DNA of 64,000 bases from Rhodosorus marinus CCMP1338 (Eukaryota > Plantae > Rhodophyta): assembly GCA_029953675.1 (NCBI GenBank), contig JAMWBK010000013.1, positions 496,001 to 560,000 of the forward strand, given 5' to 3'. Position 1 is the stretch's first letter; the number at the start of each line of letters is the position of its first letter. The translations under genes were made by a program, and so were the position numbers. Below, piece by piece: positions 22,701-32,017 of this stretch. The notes below the pieces were generated by a model that worked only from the letters and a program-made list of their open reading frames with translations, was not told where the DNA came from and searched no databases.

Positions 22701-23883
22701 CTGCCACGGAGCTTTCTTTGACCCTGTGGCGCTCAAACGCTGCTTTGTTTGTAGACGCGCGTCATCAGCGTCTTGTCTCTCTATTCTCAGGGTAGTTAGG
22801 CTCTGAATAAACGTGAAGAAGGCGTTACTCACGCGCATGAGAGTTCCGACCCTGCCCTGGGTGCAAGTATATTTGCCAACGGAGGGCAAGTTCATACATA
22901 CGGGAAATTGGAGCATACAGGAAGAGCAACGTCCTACTGATCCTTTTGCGTCTGGCCCCCTTCCTCTTCCGTCTCCTAGGGTGATTCCGACCTTCGGGAT
23001 TGTTGTCAGGGTCCTGAACACTTCCTTGTCGACGCACACGTGGTCGGTGGCAACACTGTCGTGGAAGAAGGCTGATGAGCCTCCGCGTCCTGACGATGCC
23101 GGTATGGAATTTCTTAGGCTCTTCTGGTTCTGGACATGTATCCTTGAAATGTCCCCGTTGGCAGCAATTATAGCACCTGAACCTGTGCGTCTTCCTGGTC
23201 GCTTGGGTGTCGGCCATCACGGGTTTCCCTCCCTTGCGCCTCTCTTTGGATTTCTGTTCCTCCTGTTGGCGATCTCGCCAACTTTCTGTGTACTCCTCCA
23301 GGCTTCTGCACAACGCCCATGGCAGGTTAGGGTCCCTCCATACGTTAAACAGGAAGTCCTTGAACTCTGGTCGGTCCTCAAGGATTTATCTCATGAACCT
23401 TAGCCTCTCAGAGTCCTTCGGAGTCTCGCCAGAGGTTTCTCTTATCTTGGCGAACTCCCTGTCCAGCCACGAAATCAGCGCGCGAGCGCTTTCTGTCGGC
23501 CTCACCTTGGTCGGTAAACACGGACGCAAACGCTGTCTGTGTTTCCTGCTGCCGTCGTGTCGTATCTTTCGCAAAGATGATCCCACTGGTTCTTTAGTTT
23601 CCTCTGCGCCGATGACTATATCGAGCGCTTTCCCCGCCAGTCCTCGCCAGGACAGCAGACGCATATGCTCGTCATTATTGTCATCTCCCCTGGCATCCAC
23701 CAGTACGTTAGCTACTCCCTTGAGTCGGAGAAACGTCTGTAGCTGGTACTTCCATTGCCGAAGCAGTCCTGGATTCCTCCTCCCCAGTATTCTGGAGGTA
23801 ACTTCAGGTCCATTGTTCGCTGATCCCTCGAAGCCAAACTCCCACTGGTTTCCATCACACAAAGGTATTTCTGATCGCACTAA

Positions 23884-23895
23884 GCGATGAGACCT
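23884..23895 (-). promoter_or_regulatory. Copia primer-binding site (aggtctcatcgc)
   Basis: Immediately 3' of the 5' LTR on the element strand; 11 nt identical to the Gypsy PBS at 25549-25559. Confidence 0.65.
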
Positions 23896-24144
23896 TGTAG
23901 AAAATTGACCTCTGTTGTAACCATTTCCTAAACGTCGGTGCCTTCCTGAATCGTACCCTGCCCCATGCAACAATCGCATTCAATAAGTACTCTAACGCTC
24001 GTAGTCCCCGACTACCATGGACGGTCCTCATTCACTCTACTCCAGGTATAGTGTATATCCGCTGTGGTACCAATATTGTCTTCTACTTCTACGGTGAGGT
24101 TTCTACCGCTGTGGTTGAAGCCGCATACCCTTGACCTTTCAACA
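23896..24144 (-). repeat. Copia 5' LTR (249 bp)
   Basis: Aligns with 20262-20511. Confidence 0.88.
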
Positions 24145-24210
24145 CTGCGACTATGAATGTATGAATCGTAGCTTGCGACTATGTTTGAATCGCGCGGAAG
24201 ACTATATTAG

Positions 24211-24264
24211 TAGGGTTGTGCCAAGCGGGTTTTTCGCTGTTTACGACGCACTGGAACAACCCTA
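24211..24264. mobile_element. 54-bp mini-MITE with TAGGGTTGT/ACAACCCTA TIRs
   Basis: Perfect 9-bp TIR flanked by direct repeats atattag (24204-24210, 24265-24271). Confidence 0.75.
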
Positions 24265-24274
24265 ATATTAGTGG

Positions 24275-24360
24275 CGCATGAATGCCGCTTTGATGTTGGA
24301 GGCGCGAGTACTTCGCCGCGCTTAGTCTTTTTTTCCCCTCGGGGTTTTTTTTTTTTCAGC
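24275..24360 (+). mobile_element. CRE-like subfamily C 3'-end fragment
   Basis: Similar to the reverse complement of 15560-15640 and 27715-27770. Confidence 0.6.
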
Positions 24361-25244
24361 CTCCGATTAAACCATTCATTCAATATTAGTAGTGTTGTCA
24401 TGTGCCGTACGACAACGTATCGGACTGCACATAACGCTTATCGGACGGTCCCAATAACTTTCGAAGTGGATAGACTATTGAACAATAGTATAAAATGAGC
24501 GGGTGCCGATTGATATTATTCGACAAAACTGGTCCGATAAACGGTCCGACAAATCGTCCGATACTCAATCAACATTAGTCAGGTAATCAATCATCTCCAG
24601 TCCAGATATTGAATCTGTTGTAAAACGCGGTGATTTTGATCCGACCTTTATTTCATACCTAAGTTATAGGGAATACCACCTAATTATATAAGAGCTTCTG
24701 GAATCCTACAGGCAATATCCGATGCAACTTGACGTTCCAAAATCGCCGGAGAAGGAGGGTTCGACACGAACAATTCCGCTTCCGTGAAACTCCTTCCCGC
24801 TAATCGTTCTATCCGATTCGATGGTGAAGCCCACACCAATACGTAGTAGATACAATCCACTTAAGAACTCATCCGTCTCAAGAATTTCAAGCCTTGCCTT
24901 TACTGCAAGGTCTTCTTCTTCTTCTTCTCTACTTCACTCCCCTGTCACCACTTGGGTTTTCGACATAATATCGTATCCACTGGCGGCTAATCGACGGTTC
25001 ATTGCATAAAGAATAATTAAGAATGACAGGCTGTCAGACTCAACAGTAACCTCCATTCAATGCCAGAGCCAGGATTCCAACAGAATCATGATGACTTCTT
25101 GCTATGGACAAGCTCTTCCTCGGATATCATGAATCATGATTACTTGTCCGCATGACAAGAAAGCTGCCATTATCATGCATGAATCATGATTATTTTGGGA
25201 CTCTACTTCTGATCTCGACAGGCTGTCATAGCGTTTGTTGATAA

Positions 25245-25545
25245 TGTGACGTCCTCACCTTCCAGCAATGTCCGTGTATGCAAAATTATGCTCGGGCTGT
25301 GCCAAAATCTCTGGTGGTGCAACACCCTTTTGATCTTAATAGCTATTGCACTCCCGATGGAGCAAGAGTATAAGTATGGACGAACTCGATATTTCCCAGG
25401 TTAGCTGGAGAGGGAGGAGGTAAGATAGAGAGGAAAAAGGATAGAATTGGAATATATTACCTAATTAGGGAGTAATTAGGTGGGAATAAAACCGGAAATA
25501 TGGAGTAATTGAGTGAATACCCAGCTGGCAGTTTGAGACGTAAAA
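25245..25545 (+). repeat. Probable Gypsy 5' LTR
   Basis: Starts TGTGAC, followed by PBS tggtctcatcgc (25548-25559) and gag; the 3' end lacks a clean CA. Confidence 0.55.
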
Positions 25546-25683
25546 TCTGGTCTCATCGCATGATTGCGATTGAGGAACCGACCCGGAGCCAGAGAACCTG
25601 AAGGACAACGAAAATGAGCCCACAAACCTGAGAACCTGAGAACCTGAACCCGAAGAACCTGGAGACCTGAAACCTGAACCCGC

Positions 25684-26466
25684 ATGTCGTCGCTCATTAA
25701 GATCCAGGCCCCACAACCGAAAGCCTACGACGGGCGACGCGACGCCTTGCTCATCACTACGTTCCTGAACAGCCTGAGAACTTATTTCAAATTAGCGAGG
25801 CTTCCCGACGACGATGACGAATACAAAATTACCCTGGCAGAAGGGTATTTGACGGGTGATGCTTCGTACTGGTGGTCCTTAATTGGGGACGACCAGCGGC
25901 CGACAACCTACGCGGACTTTGAATCTACGTTGAAGGCGCAATTTTACCCCGCCGACGCTACGATACGAGCAAAACAACAACTTGCGCACGAGAAGCAGAA
26001 AACCACTGTGGCCGCTTACTCAGGGTATTTTAACAAGTGCCTCATTCAAGTCGGTGCGATTTCAGACTCGGAGAAATTCGACCGGTTCGTTGAAGGGCTA
26101 AAGCCTGAAATAAGGAAATATATCTATATTCAGGATATTTCCACATTCGAGGGAGCCCAGGCTCTCGCCCTAAAAGTCGAAGGAGCTGACCACGCGAGTC
26201 AGGGGCTTCGACGGGATCCCCAAGACCAGCGACACCGTAAACCAGAGAGCCAGACAAAACCGATACCACGAGGAACAAGATCCGGCCGTTCGTACCAACC
26301 CCAAACCCAGGAGTTACGCAACGGGAAATATGTCAACGTCATTTGCAATTTCTGGGGCAAGAAAGGACATACCCAAAGAATCTGCTGGAAAAACCCGGAT
26401 CGGGACCCAACTGTGTCAAAATCGGCACCCCCTTCGTTGTCAGAGTTAAAAGAGGAGCAGCAGTAG
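25684..26466 (+). CDS. Ty3/Gypsy Gag with a degenerate CCHC knuckle; C-terminus ends in the hairpin loop
   Basis: PQPKAYDG, YLTGDASYWW, YADFESTLKAQF, RFVEGLKPEI, CNFWGKKGHTQRIC. Confidence 0.85.
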   Translation: MSSLIKIQAPQPKAYDGRRDALLITTFLNSLRTYFKLARLPDDDDEYKITLAEGYLTGDASYWWSLIGDDQRPTTYADFESTLKAQFYPADATIRAKQQLAHEKQKTTVAAYSGYFNKCLIQVGAISDSEKFDRFVEGLKPEIRKYIYIQDISTFEGAQALALKVEGADHASQGLRRDPQDQRHRKPESQTKPIPRGTRSGRSYQPQTQELRNGKYVNVICNFWGKKGHTQRICWKNPDRDPTVSKSAPPSLSELKEEQQ

Positions 26467-27067
26467 GAGGTGTCGATACTGACACAGTTGGGTCCTGATC
26501 CGGGCCTTTCCAACAGATTCTTTGGGTGTCCTTTCTTGCCCCAGAAATTGCAAATGACGTTGACATATTTCCCGTTGCGTAGCTCCTGGGTTTGGGGTTG
26601 GTACGAACGGCCGGATCTTGTTCCTCGTGGTATCGGTTTTGTCTGGCTCTCTGGTTTACGGTGTCGCTGGTCTTGGGGATCCCGTCGAAGCCCCTGACTC
26701 GCGTGGTCAGCTCCTTCGACTTTTAGGGCGAGAGCCTGGGCTCCCTCGAATGTGGAAATATCCTGAATATAGATATATTTCCTTATTTCAGGCTTTAGCC
26801 CTTCAACGAACCGGTCGAATTTCTCCGAGTCTGAAATCGCACCGACTTGAATGAGGCACTTGTTAAAATACCCTGAGTAAGCGGCCACAGTGGTTTTCTG
26901 CTTCGCGTGCGCAAGTTGTTGTTTTGCTCGTATCGTAGCGTCGGCGGGGTAAAATTGCGCCTTCAACGTAGATTCAAAGTCCGCGTAGGTTGTCGGCCGC
27001 TGGTCGTCCCCAATTAAGGACCACCAGTACGAAGCATCACCCGTCAAATACCCTTCTGCCAGGGTAA
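25829..27067. repeat. Long inverted repeat: arms 25829-26418 and 26480-27067, ~61-bp spacer
   Basis: Mirror ORFs in the ORF track are identical (26042-26278 minus = 26618-26854 plus); a few differences, mostly near the loop. Confidence 0.95.
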
Positions 27068-27414
27068 GATAAGGCAAAAACTACCTTTGGGCTACCACCG
27101 AAAAGGTAAACCAAAACCCATGCTTATTGATGACTCAAACCTTAGTCCAACCGGCAGACGCATGAACCGAAAAAGATGAAAAAAGCATTGAAAAAATTGG
27201 GATGCAATCGGTCGTTATCGGACCATTTATCGGACGAGGCATATTCTTTCTTTTATATTCGGGCCCGATAAACTCATATCGGACAGGCGTCCACAGAAAG
27301 TACATTTAATTATTACTAGATACAGGCCCTATTGATGCTTATTCGCCGTCCGATATTTGTCGGACGCAATCGGACGTTTTTTATCGGACGGATATGACAA
27401 CCCTAATATTAGCT

Positions 27415-27680
27415 TGCTCTAGGCCACTTGGGAAGGTCGAAGAAGAGGAAAGCAACGAATTCTGCGTGCAAGTGATATCCTGCTTGATGGGGTTCGTTCC
27501 AGAGGGATCTTTTGGCTTTGGGAGTCCTGCGTGAAGCGGAGCGCAAAAATTTGTGAGATTCCTTTAGCAGTGGTAGGATCGGATCGACTGTCGGTTTAGT
27601 TGTACAGTCGTCGGCTTGACATGGGATAGTGTTGGTGGCAATTAGTAATAGCGTTACTAGATTTTGGAGATACTTAGTTA
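27415..27680 (-). mobile_element. Gypsy pol remnant (related copy at 28940-29220)
   Basis: Shared gcctttgggagtc...gtgagatt(t/c)cttta; the other copy gives FRPPLPERLPKARGAEH, like the Gypsy protease-RT linker. Confidence 0.4.
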
Positions 27681-27709
27681 CAATGATGAATTTTATTTAA
27701 TCGGATACT

Positions 27710-28815
27710 GAAAGAAAAACCCCCGAGGGGAGAAAAAAGACTAAGCGCGGCGAAGATCGTGCGCCCTCAACAAGAAACTTAAACGGGTAACAACGAGGAC
27801 AGACGGTCAGGGCGTTCGCGGAACAAATCCCGAAACCAACGAGATCCAACGGAATCCAAAAACCCAAAGCACTCAATGACCAGAGGCACCAGGCGATGAG
27901 CTAGAGCCGAAGCACGAATGCCTGGGGAAGACAGGGCCCCCGCCTATTTCAACTCTTTGCGACGTCTCATATTGGCAAATCCACGGCTCTCTCCCGCAGC
28001 CGGCAAATAGCGACTTGCCTGAGGATTAGGAACAGCAAGCTCAACGTACGTCGTACGACGACTATCGTCACAGGTGACCACGAAGTCAGACACGCGGCGT
28101 TCATCATTCCGGTAGTCTGCGACAGGCAGTGGCTTCTCAATTTCAATTTCAAGACCGGCTAGCCGTACGATAGGTCGAAGTTCGCGGTATAACAGGTTCA
28201 AGATCCGCGTATGTCGTCGGGGTCGGGCGCCTTTCACAGAGAGCGTTTCTCCAAATCTTCCTTCTGAGATCTATTTACCATGTTGTAATTGGCTACCGTG
28301 ATCGTTCCTTCGATCATATCTTTTCTTGAATCTCCACTTTCTAGCCATTCAAGGTATTCCAAATATAATCTATTTTAGAATAAATTAGCCCCCTATGAAT
28401 ATCAATCAGAAAACACCCCACGAGTAGGTCGTTGTCGGTGAGCGCTTGCTCTGCGAGGTGAGCGAGAGGGGCTCGGTGTGTAGTCGTCAGGGCAGCTGGC
28501 GAGCAGGTGGGCCAAAATCCGCGGTACCTTCGTTCTCAGAGCATAGAGGGCAGGGCGAACCCATCTCGGAAGGCCAGGACTGCTGATGCAAACCGAGGTG
28601 TAAACGCAGAGAAGCGCGCACTGCGAAATCTGTCAGTGCGAGCAGGCGGGGACGCTCATAGCCACTGCGAGCTGATACACCCTCCATGACTACGCAGGCG
28701 GGTGCGATCTCGGGAAGGTGAGACCGTCTGCGCGAGAAGTCGGCCGTAGGCAGCACGATCGCCCCAAGAAAGCGTGTTTTGCAACGCATCCGTGCGTGGT
28801 CGCTGCTTCACTCTT
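27710..28815 (-). mobile_element. 5'-truncated CRE-like subfamily C element
   Basis: LTDFAVRASLRLHLGL...CPLC; RRHTRILNLL...RVSDFVV...TYVELAVPNP; LVPLVIECFG. Confidence 0.8.
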
Positions 28816-28854
28816 CTCCTACCTTCCCAAGTTCGGCCTAGAGCAAGCTAATAT

Positions 28855-28925
28855 TAGGGTTGTCCTATCCGTCCGATTGCGTCAGATAAATATCGGACGG
28901 TCGGATAAACGTTTATCAAACCTGT
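28855..28925 (+). mobile_element. Isolated end of the TAGGGTTG hAT-like element
   Basis: tagggttgtcctatccgtccgattgcgtc is similar to the reverse complement of 27345-27405. Confidence 0.7.
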
Positions 28926-31900
28926 AGCTGGTAAGTTAGAATCCCGAGGAAGACTATTTTAGGCGGTCCTAGGTCACTTAGGAAGTTAAAAGAAAAGTAA
29001 AGTAGCGAATTCTGGGTACAAGCGATTAGGATGTTCAGCGCCCCTTGCCTTTGGGAGTCTTTCTGGAAGTGGAGGGCGAAAATTGGTGAGATTTCTTTAA
29101 CGACGTCTGCGTACCAGTCGAAGAACGGTCTAATTAGGCTTACCATGGTAGTTGGATAGGCGTGGAGTATAGAAAGAGGTAACTCTACTCGCATGAGAGA
29201 TCAATTTGTTGACATGTTTTTCCCCTCAGGGTTTTTATATCATCGTTTGGATTGTCGAATCTATTAGGTATTGGGCGTCTTACTCCGGCCACAGTGAGCG
29301 TGGTCGCATCGGGGCGGGTTGTTCTTGGCACGCTCCTGGGGCGCGGGGGAGTTGAGCAAAACGTTTTGCCGTCTGACTGTTTTCGTCGATATTGGTTTTT
29401 CTAAAGCGATGGGACATTCTTAGGTGGACGATGATGGTGTATGGAACGTCCTCTGCTTACCAATGATAGATCTCCGGTCTACAGGGAGAGGTAGTTCTCG
29501 GCTTATTTCTTGGGAAGTCATCTCTTACAATTCATGTCGTAATCTAGTTGCTGAATGCCCTTTACGTTGTGGGCTTCTATAAAATTGAGAAGTGGTGGTT
29601 CAGATTAAATTGCGCGATAGATTAGAGGCGGTGTTGGTGCTCCTGCTCGCGACCGGTTTGGCTGCTTTGAATCTATGAACTATGCGTCTACTTGTGGCCC
29701 TAGATTTTTCAATGACTGGTACAAGCGGCCAGGAACAAACCACGCTGAAGCAACGAGCGGTCTGCACTCGTCGATCTTAGCCGTCATCGCGAGCTTTTCA
29801 TTTTCCGGATTACGATGAAGTAGCAGTGAGCTACGTTCGCCGTGGCGACCAAGCCTCACTCATGTAGGACTCGTGAAGCGGTATTTGAATCTCTTATCTC
29901 AAACTTGCTGCTCGAATGCAGAGTTCAGCTAAGGTGATTTTGCCGCGGCCTTGTTGGAATTTTATTTGTCTGCTTTCTGTGGCTCGTATCGTCAACAATC
30001 AATTTCGATATACGACCACGACTGCGCAAAGTAGAACTGCTGAAGCACCATATTTTGGCGATACACAACTTCAGCAGTACCGACTCCAGCTTGCGGCGCA
30101 AACTTGGCCATCAGCGAGAGTCCCATGAGTTGCTTTTTGGAAGCTACCTCCAAATACTCGCTCTATCATTTTTCCTTTTCTGAATCAGGTTGCCAATACT
30201 TGAAGCCCTTGTTCATCCATCAACTTTGTGCTTTGGATCGATCGCAAGCAGACAGTTGCCCGACTTCCAAACGCCCAAGCAGCTTCTTGGTCGAGCTTTC
30301 TCCGCCAAGTTGGAGTCATCATTTTGACTCCAACTTGGCTATTGAATTTCAATATTTTTGTTGAATTTCTGTGTGCCTTCGTCTCTTTACAATTTCAGAC
30401 AAATAGGCACTCGCGATATCTAGACAGTAGAGTGACGGTTTGAGCTGTATCGAAAAATTGAGACAGTCTTTTGTGTATCGGTTCCTGCATAGAGTTTTCT
30501 AACTTTTCCTATAGGCTAGACAAGGTTTTAGTTTGGAACGGTTTGTGACAATCAAAAACGTAGACGATGAGCGCTGCGAACCAAACTCGGCCGCACAAGT
30601 GAGAATAGTTTTCACACTTTACGTTAGTCTGTTTAAGCTTTCACAGTTAGACTAGCTGCCGTTTACCTTAATCCTAAAGCCACGTTGCAGATTGAAAATA
30701 AAATTGAGCACAAGTTAGGAGTACTCGGGGAGAAGCATTCAGGCAGAACTTTGAAAATTGTTCTGGTTTCGTATGATAGCACCGGCCAGTTCTGTTGAGG
30801 CTCTGACTTGCTGATTATGAGTACAGAGCATGGACGGTATCATTCGCCTTATGAAAGCATTGCACGCTTATTAAATTCCTGGACACTTAATCATTTTGGC
30901 CGTTTGTCTCAAGTATGGCCAACCACAGACAAGAGCGAGACACTCCAGCACACCGCAGCTTAACCCGTTTGACTGAATCGAACAGCGAAATTGCGGCACT
31001 CACTAGTACAGGGCTTGTTTGCTGACAGTAATCGATTCGTCGCTCAGAACAGCCAGTAATAACGCCAACCGACGTGCACGCGGAAGGACCCCAATAAAAA
31101 AAGGACAACTAATAGGCCAACCCGATCTCTTAAAAAACCGTTAAAAATCGAACCAAAACGCTCATCAAAACCCTACGAAAACAAGGGCAAATCCAATCAA
31201 ACACGCTCTCTAAAAAATCGTTTAAAAACCGCATTCGATTCTTAAATACCGTTGCCCAGCCGGTGACCACATTCACAATAAGATCGATCAGTCTCCGAAT
31301 AAAATCCATTCCGTTGTAGGATCCAATTCTGCTGCACCCGAAACGATCTGCATTAGCTAGGGGCAGCAGACCTACGCAGCCGCCACCTTCCAAAGTCCAA
31401 GAACTCGCGAAATATTTGAAAACCGGTAGTGACAGGCCAATGAGGTGCCAGGAAAACCCAGCACCCTACCAACGAAGTTACTTCGTTGTTGGGGTTCTTC
31501 GGAACATACCTAACCGTAAAACTTATTGTATGACTCTATTAAGAATTTTTTGTGTTAGTTGAAAATGAGGAGAATTCAGAAAACTAAGCTATGGAGAGAT
31601 CGGTTCTCACAGACAAGCGCTTCTCAGAAAGGAGCAACAGACAAGAAACTCATGCTCTCAGTCGCTAACTACGTGTAGGAAACGATACAGTTGTCTTGAA
31701 TCCAGTTTCGACTGAAAAGAAGGAGCTTCATTCCATGGGTTTGGGGATATTGATATTTTCCACTCCTAGCTACATTACGAGCGTCACAAGTTGAAACGGT
31801 GGTTGTCGCTATGTTAAACACTTGAATTCGTGATTCAATTCAGCACGGGTTAGGGACCTTTACTCGGAATGGGACTCAATCTTGCTCAGCCTATCTGAAT

Positions 31901-32017
31901 AATAGCAGTTTTGCCCACAAAGAATCGTTCTCTGGGCATACTTAACTCCTTCTCCGGGAACAACGCTGTCCTCCGCGCAAACCCTGCACGAGCAGATCCG
32001 AAAGGATAAACGTTCAG

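Larger units (their letters stand above)
20262..24144 (-). mobile_element. Ty1/Copia LTR retrotransposon with both LTRs, integrase deleted, degenerate
   Basis: TG...CA LTRs, 5-bp TSD ctgcg (20257-20261, 24145-24149), gag (RQWKYQLQTFL), CYNCCQRGHFKDTC, protease DSVATDHVC, RT (FKARIV, AVHVYDML), RNase H (GYSDSTWA, STTEAEY), PPT next to the left LTR. Confidence 0.92.
24390..27405. mobile_element. ~3-kb non-autonomous hAT-like DNA transposon carrying a Gypsy LTR-gag fold-back
   Basis: TIRs tagtgttgtcat / atgacaacccta, clustered subterminal (a)tcggac/gtccga repeats at both ends, flanked by atattag (24383-24389, 27406-27412). Confidence 0.75.

Noticed and set aside
25024-25230. MITE bounded by gacaggctgtca with internal atcatgaatcatgat repeats
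   Set aside because: TIRs are imperfect and there is no TSD; cannot be supported
29900-30330. Harbinger/IS5-like DDE transposase remnant (IERVFG)
   Set aside because: One short motif among many stops
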